Shown here: positions 1 through 8,290 of the stretch, piece after piece
Position numbering within the stretch: position 1 is the first letter of the stretch
Layout: every line of letters begins with the position of its first letter
From: a phage
NCBI GenBank assembly: GCA_037431425.1
Contig: GCA_037431425.1_4129.3
Length of the DNA: 35,820 nucleotides
Strand: one strand, 5' to 3'
The notes under the pieces: generated by a model
What the model was told of the DNA's origin: nothing
Databases searched by the model: none
The model's input: only the letters and a program-made list of their open reading frames with translations
Program-made: the position numbers and the translations under genes

Positions 1-1313
1 GTAGCATTAGGTGGTAGTACAGTTGGTGTTAGTTGTTGAGTATCACCGACTGAAGTTAATTTAGCACTTGTTGGAGATACTGATACACTTGCAACAGGAA
101 CTGGAATGTTAACAGTTACCACGCAAACTTTAGAAAATCCACCATCAGATGTGGTTGCTGTAATATTTGCAGTACCGTTTGCAACAGCAGTGATTAAACC
201 AGTTGGACTTACCGTTGCGACACCCTCAGCAGAAGTAGTGTATGAAATATCTTTACGACGAGCGTTATCTGGAATAACAGATGCAGTTAGTTGTTGAGTA
301 GCACCTACAGAAGTTAGGGTTGCTGTCAACGGAGTCATATTAATACCAGTTACTGGGATCGTTACATCAATCACTGATTCAGCAGTTTTAGCACCATCAT
401 CAGTTGTAACAGTAATAGTTGTAGTACCGTTATCAACAGAAGTTACTAGACCAGTATTACTAACTTTTGCTACGTCTGGATATGAAGAAACATATGAAAC
501 TGCTTTATTGGATGCAGTTGCAGGAGCAACGGTTGTTTCTAATTGTTTAGTATCACCTAATGTTGAGAATGTATAAGTACTAGGAGTCATAGTGACACCC
601 GATACTGGCGTTTTCACTGTGATCGTAGAAGTGTCAGTTTTAGCACCATCTTCGGTTGTAGCTGTAATCACCACTGTACCGTTAGCAACACCAGTTACTA
701 GACCAGAAGTAGAGTCTACAGTTGCTATATCAGGTGTTGCTGAAGACCACGTGACGTTTTTATTAGTTGCATCATCAGGAGATATTGTGGCAGTTAATTG
801 TTGAGTACTGCCAACGTTAATTGATGCAGTTTTAGGAGAAACAACAACACCACTAACTGGAGTTGTTACAGTAACAGTACATTTTGAAACAAATGAACCA
901 TCAACTGTAGTTGCAATTACATCAGTACTGCCATCTGCAACACCAGTTACCATACCAGTTGGACTTACAGTTGCGAAGCGTGGTATACTGGATGACCAAA
1001 TAACACTTTTATCACTTGCATCATCGGGTGATACGGTAGCTGTTAGTTGATGAGTTTTACCAACACCAAGAGATAGAGTTGAAGGAGAAACAACAACACC
1101 ACTAACTGGAGTTGTTACAGTAAATGCACAAACATCTGTGAAACCACCATCATGAGTAGTAACTGTTACATTTGCATTACCATTAGCACGGGCAATTGCT
1201 AAACCAGTTTGAGCATCAACTTCAACTATTGTTGGAGCAGAGGAACTATAACTTACTGTTGGATCCTGGATTAATTGTAGCTGATAGTTGTTGTGTGCTA
1301 CCAACTTTAAGTG
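1..1313 (-). CDS. Partial ORF encoding at least five tandem bacterial Ig-like (Big_2-type) domains; C-terminal part of a probable virion decoration/fibre-like protein; runs off the window
   Basis: Manual reverse-strand translation in the +1 frame relative to ORF 1246..1716 is open from about 1313 to the window edge and gives repeated ~80-aa units (e.g. ...TPVSGVVVSPSTLSLGVGKTHQLTATVSPDDASDKSVIWSS...). No in-frame ATG near its 5' end. Confidence 0.6.
60..1245. repeat. Tandem ~240-bp DNA repeats (the Ig-like domain coding units)
   Basis: Near-identical segments recur with ~243-bp period, e.g. gaaacaacaacaccactaactggagttgttacagta at 840-875 and 1081-1116; related units at ~330 and ~575. Confidence 0.6.
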
Positions 1314-1716
1314 CTACTACTTTGGGTGAAATAATAACACCATTAACTGGTGTAGTATAATCACGTTTAACCACACGACCATTGTTCAATTTAATAATAC
1401 GACCCATATAAAGAGTAGCATATCCCTTACTAATCCCATCATCTACATAAATCATAAATGAATTGTCTTGAACCATATTAATTGCGTCTACTGGCTTAAC
1501 AGTATTTGGAATGTCGATACCACGGGTATCATACCAACACATGGAAACTTTGTAATATATATCACCATTATCATTGATGAGATCATACACGTTACTGGAA
1601 CGTTGACGGTTAATATATAAAGTTTCGGTTAATACCTTACCATCGATTTTAGCGACAGAAACTTTAATACCACCAATACCAAATGGCAATTTACCTTCAC
1701 TAGATATTGCTTTCAT
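1246..1716 (-). CDS. N-terminal domain (156 aa) of the Ig-like repeat protein; probable late/virion protein
   Basis: ORF with ATG at 1716 (reverse strand), SD-like AAGGAAAG just upstream, stop TAG at 1246-1248; a late-promoter box lies ~38 nt upstream. Confidence 0.6.
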   Translation of the reverse strand: MKAISSEGKLPFGIGGIKVSVAKIDGKVLTETLYINRQRSSNVYDLINDNGDIYYKVSMCWYDTRGIDIPNTVKPVDAINMVQDNSFMIYVDDGISKGYATLYMGRIIKLNNGRVVKRDYTTPVNGVIISPKVVALKVGSTQQLSATINPGSNSKL

Positions 1717-1753
1717 ATACTTTCCTTTATAAAATTGTATTGTATTGTTATAT

Positions 1754-1761
1754 TATTTATA
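1754..1761 (-). promoter_or_regulatory. T4-type late promoter box TATAAATA (reverse strand) upstream of the Ig-like gene
   Basis: Plus strand reads tatttata at 1754-1761, i.e. TATAAATA on the minus strand, ~38 nt before the ATG at 1716. Confidence 0.4.
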
Positions 1762-1896
1762 TTATAACAAAATTATTTTAGTATTAAAAAGGTGTTCGAA
1801 TGCTTCTTGAAATCTGGCTTGGACAGGTCAATCTTTGCCTTTAAAATGGAATTGTAAACTGCCTCTTAATATGATACCATAGTTTAAATGGTAAAT

Positions 1897-1932
1897 CAAT
1901 AAACTTAACAATAAACTTAACAAAAAACTTGA
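1897..1932. repeat. Three tandem 12-bp units in the divergent intergenic region
   Basis: CAATAAACTTAA repeated exactly twice, then CAAAAAACTTGA. Confidence 0.5.
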
Positions 1933-1962
1933 TACTACAGTAATAATTGTTCAGTTTTGTAC

Positions 1963-1991
1963 TTGACATAATTAATCAATTATTGTACTAT
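1963..1991 (+). promoter_or_regulatory. sigma70-like promoter (-35 TTGACA, 17-bp spacer, -10 TACTAT)
   Basis: TTGACA at 1963-1968 and TACTAT at 1986-1991, ~35 nt upstream of the first plus-strand gene. Confidence 0.4.
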
Positions 1992-2026
1992 TGTTAATGT
2001 TCCTTAACTCAAATCCGAGGTAATCA

Positions 2027-2632
2027 ATGAAACTATTCTTGAAAGAGATTGTACAAACCGTTGTTTTAATCGCTGCATTAAATTTTCCAGCAGCGGCAGA
2101 AGTTTCAAAAAAAGCATCTGTTCTTCTATTAAATGAACAGGTTGTGTCAATGGATGGTGAACTAAATGATAATACGGTACAAGAAGTAGAGCAGTTGTGG
2201 AAAGAAAAAAGATTTAAAATTTTAACAATTACATCACCTGGGGGTGATTTTGATGCTGGTATTAAAATGGCAAATTTTGTTAGAGACAATGGTATAAATT
2301 TAATTGTTTCTAAATATTGCAATTCGGCATGTACTGTGGTATTCTTTAGTGTATCCCCAGAAAAGCGATATATGACAAATCAATCAGTACTGGGATTGCA
2401 TAATATTTCAATCAAAAGTAACGTTAAAGATATGGATCATACTTTCGTATCTGTTAGACAACTATCATCATTTACTGAAGAAATGGCAACAAAAGTAGGA
2501 TTTTTATTTACACTATATTCAGCTAATGGTATTCCACCTAGCATTCTATATAAAGTTAGTCGTTCACGTGGTGAAGATGTTGTTATCTTAACAAAAACAG
2601 ACCTAATAAATTACGGTTCAGTCAATCCATGA
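2027..2632 (+). CDS. Secreted ClpP/S49-like (crotonase-fold) peptidase homolog
   Basis: N-terminal signal-peptide-like segment; motif ILTITSPGGDFDAG resembling the ClpP INSPGG region, with a downstream His; the position aligning to the ClpP active-site Ser looks substituted (NSACTVV). SD GAGG 7 nt upstream. Confidence 0.45.
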   Translation: MKLFLKEIVQTVVLIAALNFPAAAEVSKKASVLLLNEQVVSMDGELNDNTVQEVEQLWKEKRFKILTITSPGGDFDAGIKMANFVRDNGINLIVSKYCNSACTVVFFSVSPEKRYMTNQSVLGLHNISIKSNVKDMDHTFVSVRQLSSFTEEMATKVGFLFTLYSANGIPPSILYKVSRSRGEDVVILTKTDLINYGSVNP

Positions 2633-2700
2633 AAATAATTATAATAACAGGATGATTATGTTGTTCTTCCTTTGTTATTAACTATATCGGAAATATAACC

Positions 2701-2961
2701 ATGACAAACATCCAGAATTTGACATCTATTATTTTTTATGCTACAGTGGTGATATATGCTATTGTACTTATTTTAACAGTTTTTATATACAAAGATTACA
2801 AAAAAGGCTTTATTAATAGCACAACAATCAAGTTCAATTCTAAATTTAAAGAAATTATATTTTATGTTTTGACAACATCATATTTGTTGTGTATATTGTT
2901 ACTAGGGCCATTGATTTATATTTTATATACAACATTATTTGCAATTGGAGCTATTTTATGA
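2701..2961 (+). CDS. Small hydrophobic membrane protein
   Basis: 86-aa ORF with predicted TM helices; stop overlaps the next start (ATGA). Confidence 0.45.
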   Translation: MTNIQNLTSIIFYATVVIYAIVLILTVFIYKDYKKGFINSTTIKFNSKFKEIIFYVLTTSYLLCILLLGPLIYILYTTLFAIGAIL

Positions 2962-3554
2962 CATGTATTATTGCATACACTGACGGTGTAACTTCATTTA
3001 TTGCAGGGGACAAGATGGGGAGTGATGGTTTTACGAAATCAATCCAAACAGAGCCGAAAGTATTTGAGAAAGAATTCGTAAAGATTAGTGGTGATGACGG
3101 CTTGACTCGTACAAAAGATGTTATGACTTTTGGATTCACTACATCATTTCGTATGGGTCAACTGCTAACTTACAATTTAAATTTACCAGACCAAAATTCA
3201 AATGAGACGTTTCTACAGTATTTAGTACTGAAAGTTATTCCTCTTATTCGTCAAATGTTTAAAGACGAATGGGGTGCACGTGATACAACACAAGATGTTG
3301 GTGGTGGTCAATTTATTATTTTACACAATCATACGATTTATGAAATTCAGGAAGATTTTTCGGTTCTCCAGTCAAAATCAAGAGTTGCATCTGTTGGTAG
3401 TGGTACATATCATGCAATTGCAGCGATGCAAGCATACATTGAACTCGAAAAAGAAACTAACGTACAACTTCATGAACGTATCAAATCTATTTTCAAAATT
3501 GTCAGTGATAATGTGTCGAGTGTAAGTGAAGAGTTTGATGTATTAAAATATTAA
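2958..3554 (+). CDS. HslV/proteasome-beta-like Ntn-hydrolase peptidase
   Basis: Start at internal ATG 2958 gives MTCIIAYTDGVTSFIAGDKMG (compare HslV MTTIVSV..GHVVIAGDGQ, Thr2 nucleophile) and C-terminal VASVGSGTYHAIAAMQAYIE (HslV IAIGSGGPYAQAAARALLE). The track ORF starts earlier at 2889; ATGA overlap with the upstream ORF supports 2958. Confidence 0.65.
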   Translation: MTCIIAYTDGVTSFIAGDKMGSDGFTKSIQTEPKVFEKEFVKISGDDGLTRTKDVMTFGFTTSFRMGQLLTYNLNLPDQNSNETFLQYLVLKVIPLIRQMFKDEWGARDTTQDVGGGQFIILHNHTIYEIQEDFSVLQSKSRVASVGSGTYHAIAAMQAYIELEKETNVQLHERIKSIFKIVSDNVSSVSEEFDVLKY

Positions 3555-3569
3555 AATTATAAGAGAGAA

Positions 3570-3764
3570 ATGATGGCATACACAATTTATGAATGGATTT
3601 TGAGTTTTATTATAGTATTTTTTATGGTTGTAATTTACAATAATGCTAAATGCTTATATAGAGATTTAAAATCCAATGGTTATCATGCAAACAATAATTT
3701 AATGTATGCCTATCATATTGGAATCATTCTATTATTATCAATATATTTAATTGGTTTTATATAA
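3570..3764 (+). CDS. Small membrane protein
   Basis: 64-aa hydrophobic ORF with AGAGAG upstream. Confidence 0.45.
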   Translation: MMAYTIYEWILSFIIVFFMVVIYNNAKCLYRDLKSNGYHANNNLMYAYHIGIILLLSIYLIGFI

Positions 3765-3773
3765 GGATTACGT

Positions 3774-4526
3774 ATGATATCAGAAAAATTCATAAGTAAT
3801 GAGGGAAACAAGAGATTACTTATCATCTCAGGAGCAGGTCTTTCCGTTGAAAGTGGTATGGACCCATTTCGTTTCGATGATGGCCTATGGGATACATTTA
3901 AAATTAATGATGTATGTAATATTGCAAATTTAGATACAAAATATCATATTGTTCATTCGTTTTATAACACGCTGCGTGTTAAACTGGGTCAATGTGAACC
4001 AAATGCAATGCATTATTTTATAAAATCATTAGAGGAACAATATGGTGATTGTTTCCTTCATATGACTTCAAATATGGATGATCTTTACACCCGTATTGGC
4101 GGTAAAGAACTTAAACTTCATGGTAATTTATGTGAAGTGATAGAAAATTATAGTATTAATGGTGATGATTACAACATTGTTAACTGTGGTTATGAGCCAT
4201 ATATCCCAAAACATGATATTTTTGCTAAACCAAATGTAGTGATGATTGGTGAGTATCATCGTTATGTGGATGGTGTACGCCTACCAATATATGAAGAACG
4301 AAATAATGTCTTGAAATCCCTTGATGAAAATGATACAGTTATTGTTATTGGTAGCAGCGATACTGTTCTTGTATGGTCCCGATTGGTAGCATCATTGCCA
4401 TGTTATAGTGTCAATGTTAATATTAGAAAGAATGATAATGATTTTTTGTTTAATGAAAAAATTATCAAGCCAGCAACCAAAGCAATACCACAACTAGAGA
4501 CTATAATTAAGGAACGTATGAAATGA
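3774..4526 (+). CDS. Sir2-family (sirtuin-like) NAD+-dependent deacylase/NADase
   Basis: Sirtuin motifs GAGLS (GAGxS), TSNMD (TQNxD-like) and LHGN (HG); SD AAGGA upstream; only two Cys in the usual zinc-module position. Confidence 0.8.
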   Translation: MISEKFISNEGNKRLLIISGAGLSVESGMDPFRFDDGLWDTFKINDVCNIANLDTKYHIVHSFYNTLRVKLGQCEPNAMHYFIKSLEEQYGDCFLHMTSNMDDLYTRIGGKELKLHGNLCEVIENYSINGDDYNIVNCGYEPYIPKHDIFAKPNVVMIGEYHRYVDGVRLPIYEERNNVLKSLDENDTVIVIGSSDTVLVWSRLVASLPCYSVNVNIRKNDNDFLFNEKIIKPATKAIPQLETIIKERMK

Positions 4527-5074
4527 GTGTTAAAGAAGTTCCCTTTGGTGAATATGGTTCACGTGCAAATTTTGTATTCTGCTATTTCTTTGCAAGAGGA
4601 TGTAATCCCTACGAAAACTATGAGTTGAATGATATACCAGAAGTAAATTTAGTATTACTTCAACTACGATGGGATGGCCTTCTGGGTGGATGTGGTGGTA
4701 CAGTTGAAAGTACTGATATCTCATTAGAAGATGCGTTGCGTCGTGAAATACAAGAAGAAATGAACTACTATATTTTTGTTTCTCACTTAAAACCACTTAA
4801 AACGTTTGAAATTTACCCAGGTGCAAACAGTCATAGTTTCAGTTATGAAGTAACATATGATGAGTTAAAATACATTCGTGATGGGTATACAACTGCCAAA
4901 CATGCAAGTGCCGAAGTTGCTGGTGTAAATTTATGTCATATTTCTCGTTATTCTAAGGGACAAAATCGAGAAGCGGGATATAATAATCTTATGACACAGA
5001 ACTTCATCGGTACAGCAAAACACGAATTAGCGTATCTGGTACAAAAAGAGAACTTACTAATTAGCTATCTATAG
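4523..5074 (+). CDS. Nudix-like hydrolase (NudE-like, putative)
   Basis: GGTVESTDISLEDALRREIQEEMN resembles the Nudix box (REUxEE core), with atypical spacing between the Glu and RE; start overlaps the Sir2 stop (ATGA). Confidence 0.5.
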   Translation: MSVKEVPFGEYGSRANFVFCYFFARGCNPYENYELNDIPEVNLVLLQLRWDGLLGGCGGTVESTDISLEDALRREIQEEMNYYIFVSHLKPLKTFEIYPGANSHSFSYEVTYDELKYIRDGYTTAKHASAEVAGVNLCHISRYSKGQNREAGYNNLMTQNFIGTAKHELAYLVQKENLLISYL

Positions 5075-5084
5075 GAGTTTAAAA

Positions 5085-5405
5085 ATGTCTTACTCTATGT
5101 TTTTGGATGACATTCGTGATGCAAAACAATATTACCCTAATCAAGATATGGTAGTATGTCGTGATTTTAACAGTGCGTGTGAATATGTTGTTAAAAATGG
5201 AATTCCAGCATTTGTATCATTTGACCATGACTTGGGTGATATGAGTGGAGACGAAAAAACTGGATATTCTTTTGCTAAATTTCTTATTGATTATATGTTT
5301 GATAATAATATTAAAGAACCGTTTGAGTACTTTGTGCACAGTAGTAATCCAGTTGGTAAAGTTAACATTGAAACATACTTAAACAATGGATTTAATGCAT
5401 TATGA
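5085..5405 (+). CDS. Hypothetical protein, possibly a CheY/REC-like fold
   Basis: ORF with AGGAG SD; receiver-like spacing of acidic/Asp/Ser/Lys residues (FLDD..., VSFDHDLG, HSSNP, GK); weak. Confidence 0.5.
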   Translation: MSYSMFLDDIRDAKQYYPNQDMVVCRDFNSACEYVVKNGIPAFVSFDHDLGDMSGDEKTGYSFAKFLIDYMFDNNIKEPFEYFVHSSNPVGKVNIETYLNNGFNAL

Positions 5406-5704
5406 TTCAAACACATATTAAAAGTATCATTTGCACTATACTACTAGGTGTAGGAGTTCTATGGTTCAGTAATTATCACGAGAACACTAAGCGTACAAAT
5501 ATTCACTATAATACCGCAGAAGTTGTAAGTTTAGGACAATGTAGTGAGTCCAAATGTTCGTTCATGTACAAAACCAGTAATGGTGAAGTACGTAATGGAC
5601 TATCTAGTGAACCAGTTTCGATTGGTCAACTTGTTTACCAGGAGTGCTGGGAAGAAAAGGTTCGAGGTTCACGATGTTATGTTGAATACGAACCAAAAAT
5701 GTAA
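5402..5704 (+). CDS. Hypothetical membrane-anchored Cys-containing protein
   Basis: ATGA-coupled ORF; N-terminal hydrophobic helix. Confidence 0.5.
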   Translation: MIQTHIKSIICTILLGVGVLWFSNYHENTKRTNIHYNTAEVVSLGQCSESKCSFMYKTSNGEVRNGLSSEPVSIGQLVYQECWEEKVRGSRCYVEYEPKM

Positions 5705-5767
5705 TAATAACATGAGTCAATAATAATAGCCGGGTACAAGGATGTACTCACAATTCAAGGATGTTTT

Positions 5768-7207
5768 ATGAAAAAATATACAATTGACACAAACGTACTA
5801 CTATCTGATCCAAATGCATCTGTTGCTTTTGATGGTGCTGCAATCATTCTACCATTTACAGTACTGGAAGAATTGGATTCGATTAAGAGTCGCAATGTTG
5901 ATGTTTCACGTGATGCTCGTGTTGCGATTCGTAACATTGAAGCAATTATTGCAGAGGCATCACATAATGAGATTAGTTGTACTGGTGTTAATATTGCTGA
6001 TGTTCATACCAATATGAGTCCTGAAAGCAAATTGTTTGTTATTACAAACGAAGAAGCTGAAGCACTAATTCGTACTAAGGCAATTGAAGATAAAGTTCAA
6101 ACACTTCTCAAAAGTTCTGTACCAGATGATAAAATTATCTTAGTCGCTTTAGCAACTGATTCAGTACTGGTTACCCGTGATATCAATATGCGTATCAAGG
6201 CTCTTAGTTATGGAGTTGAAGTACAGGATTATCGTCATGATGTGGTTATCGGTGATAGCGATCTAATGCACGTAGGTCAACATCATCTCGATATCGATTT
6301 CTGGGCAGAATTCAGTGGGATTGAAAATGCTGAAATTAAATCTGAAAAAACAGGTCGCCGCCTGTATCATTATATCCCAACACATCTAATCAAAGATCTT
6401 CTTCCACAAAATCTTTGTATTGGTGACTATCTATATGATAATGCTGATGTGCTCTTTGTTTACGAAGGTCAGTCTGCAATCGAAGAAGATGATGGTAGTC
6501 TAACACCAGAAGATATTTTGGTCTTCCAAGATATTGGTCAATCTGTTGCATTACGTGCTAATGTATGGGATATTAAAGCGAAGAATGTCAAACAAGCACT
6601 AGCTATTAATAGTATTCTCGATCCCGATGTACATCTAACAGTTCTACTAGGTTCTGCTGGGACGGGCAAAACACTAATTACGATTGCTACTGCACTAGAG
6701 TTAGTTCTGGAAAAACGTAAATACGACCGTATTATCTTCTCTAAAACACAAGATTCACAGTTTGAAGATATCGGATTCTTGCCTGGTTCAGAGGCCGAGA
6801 AAGTGATTCCATTTTGTGGTCCAGCGATTGACGCACTAGAGTACCTACATAAAGATGATGCAAATCCACAAGGTAGCATTGAGGAAATCATGAAACGTAA
6901 TGTTATCCAGTTCAAAGCATTGAACTTTATTCGTGGTCGTTCTTTTGCCAATACAATTCTAATTGTGGATGAAGCACAGAACTTAACACCAGCCCAGCTA
7001 AAAACTGTCTTGACAAGAGCCGGAGAAAACTGTAAAGTAATCATACTTGGTAACCTAGCACAGATCGATAACAAGTTTATCAGTCCAGTAAACAGCGGTC
7101 TAACTTATGTAACTGAGAAATTTAAAAATTGGTCTGGTTGTCGTATCATTGAATTGGAAGGTGTTGTTCGTTCACCACTTGCTGAATTTGCTGAAGAAAA
7201 TATGTAA
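5768..7207 (+). CDS. phoH: PIN-domain / PhoH-like ATPase fusion (PhoH2/YlaK-type)
   Basis: N-terminal PIN-like YTIDTNVLL...; Walker A LGSAGTGKT; PhoH-like IVDEAQNLT and GNLAQID; SD AAGGA upstream. Confidence 0.85.
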   Translation: MKKYTIDTNVLLSDPNASVAFDGAAIILPFTVLEELDSIKSRNVDVSRDARVAIRNIEAIIAEASHNEISCTGVNIADVHTNMSPESKLFVITNEEAEALIRTKAIEDKVQTLLKSSVPDDKIILVALATDSVLVTRDINMRIKALSYGVEVQDYRHDVVIGDSDLMHVGQHHLDIDFWAEFSGIENAEIKSEKTGRRLYHYIPTHLIKDLLPQNLCIGDYLYDNADVLFVYEGQSAIEEDDGSLTPEDILVFQDIGQSVALRANVWDIKAKNVKQALAINSILDPDVHLTVLLGSAGTGKTLITIATALELVLEKRKYDRIIFSKTQDSQFEDIGFLPGSEAEKVIPFCGPAIDALEYLHKDDANPQGSIEEIMKRNVIQFKALNFIRGRSFANTILIVDEAQNLTPAQLKTVLTRAGENCKVIILGNLAQIDNKFISPVNSGLTYVTEKFKNWSGCRIIELEGVVRSPLAEFAEENM

Positions 7208-7211
7208 TATT

Positions 7212-7244
7212 GTATGGGACAATATGTCCCATACATGATATAAT
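7212..7244 (+). promoter_or_regulatory. Perfect 9-bp-stem palindrome overlapping a promoter (-35-like GGGACA, extended -10 TGaTATAAT)
   Basis: GTATGGGAC-AATAT-GTCCCATAC at 7212-7234 with no U-tract, followed by TGATATAAT at 7236-7244. Confidence 0.45.
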
Positions 7245-7276
7245 GCTGTTATCATAATACAGAAGGAGATAGTAAA

Positions 7277-7480
7277 ATGGCTAAACAACCTAAGAAAAAA
7301 GAACCAGTAGCTAAAGTTAAAAAAGCAAAAGTTATTACATCCACAGAACAACGTATGTACGAACAACGTATGTACGAACAACGTAAGAGTGAAACACTTT
7401 CTGGTCTACAAGCTCTTCGCAAACAAGGAGTTCTAACTCGTGCACAATATCGTAAGTTGGTAACACAAAAAGGTTATTGA
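7277..7480 (+). CDS. Small lysine-rich basic protein
   Basis: 67-aa ORF with strong SD (AGAAGGAGA); contains a tandem EQRMY-EQRMY repeat. Confidence 0.6.
   Translation: MAKQPKKKEPVAKVKKAKVITSTEQRMYEQRMYEQRKSETLSGLQALRKQGVLTRAQYRKLVTQKGY
7344..7373. repeat. Exact 15-bp tandem duplication inside the CDS
   Basis: gaacaacgtatgtac x2. Confidence 0.8.
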
Positions 7481-7582
7481 TACATTTGAAGTAATATTAT
7501 GGGGTTCTTAATAAATAACATTATAAGAATAATAATACTTTTTATTAAATTAAAAAGAACTCCATGTGTTATTTCAGTTTTT

Positions 7583-7610
7583 ATCCCTGTCGGTTGGCAG
7601 GGATTTTTTC
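7583..7610 (+). terminator. Rho-independent terminator
   Basis: ATCCCTG-tcggttgg-CAGGGAT followed by TTTTTT. Confidence 0.65.
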
Positions 7611-7705
7611 TATCTATGTATTGACAAAAGGATTAATTTATGAGAACATGTATAAAAGGCCGTATGACATTCCATTAGGTTATTTTTAACTTAAAGGAGA
7701 TATAT

Positions 7706-8263
7706 ATGTTTTTTGACCAAACATTTACGTTGTACCATGATTCTGGTAAAGTTGAGATTATTGAAAATCTATTACAGTACATTGCAGATCATGATGGTGT
7801 TGAACGTTTCCATAGTAAGATGAAATTCGATTTAGCTGAATTCAACAAAAAGAATCGTGAAACTTTTTGGAAGAACCGATTCTATTATGAAATGTTTCCA
7901 GAAAGGTTTGTTGGTTATTATCTTTGTACTGAGAAAGGTTTATTAGTATCTCCAGATTTACTTATGGGTGAATACATGGTTCTCTATAATGAGTACTGGA
8001 AAAATAAACGTAACGCTCGTGACATTGAGTGGAGACATAAGCGTTCGTACATGTACAAACACAACCACTCCCGATACAAACGTCCTAAGACTCAACAAGA
8101 GCGTCGTATGGCGTGTGCAGTACTGAAGGACGAGGGGGAACCTGAAATACGTGGAAGACGTAAGATGCGTTCATTACCATCGTATTGGAACGATATCAGA
8201 ACAAGACATAGTACCGGATGGAAATACAGTACTAAGCGTAAAAAACAATACAAAGGGGGCTAA
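7706..8263 (+). CDS. Hypothetical protein with highly basic C-terminus
   Basis: ORF with AAGGAG SD; Arg/Lys-rich tail. Confidence 0.6.
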   Translation: MFFDQTFTLYHDSGKVEIIENLLQYIADHDGVERFHSKMKFDLAEFNKKNRETFWKNRFYYEMFPERFVGYYLCTEKGLLVSPDLLMGEYMVLYNEYWKNKRNARDIEWRHKRSYMYKHNHSRYKRPKTQQERRMACAVLKDEGEPEIRGRRKMRSLPSYWNDIRTRHSTGWKYSTKRKKQYKGG

Positions 8264-8290
8264 TGCTCCCTATTTTATAGGTTAAACGTT

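Noticed and set aside
106-804. Plus-strand ORFs 106..297 and 592..804
   Set aside because: They lie opposite the minus-strand Ig-like repeat coding region and are low-complexity Thr/Val/Ala translations of the antisense strand; shadow ORFs.
1791-1803. tRNA-like T-loop sequence GGTGTTCGAATGC
   Set aside because: No flanking T-stem complementarity or acceptor-stem pairing; not a tRNA.
2889-2957. Upstream extension of the HslV-like ORF (track start 2889)
   Set aside because: It would add a hydrophobic leader overlapping the upstream gene; the HslV-type Thr2 nucleophile requires the start at 2958.
7499-7624. 41-codon ORF between the small basic gene and the terminator
   Set aside because: Low-complexity Ile/Leu-rich translation that runs through the terminator hairpin; no SD.
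7621-7626. TTGACA -35-like hexamer after the terminator at 7583-7610
   Set aside because: No acceptable -10 hexamer at 16-18 bp; the nearest TATAAA is 25 bp away.
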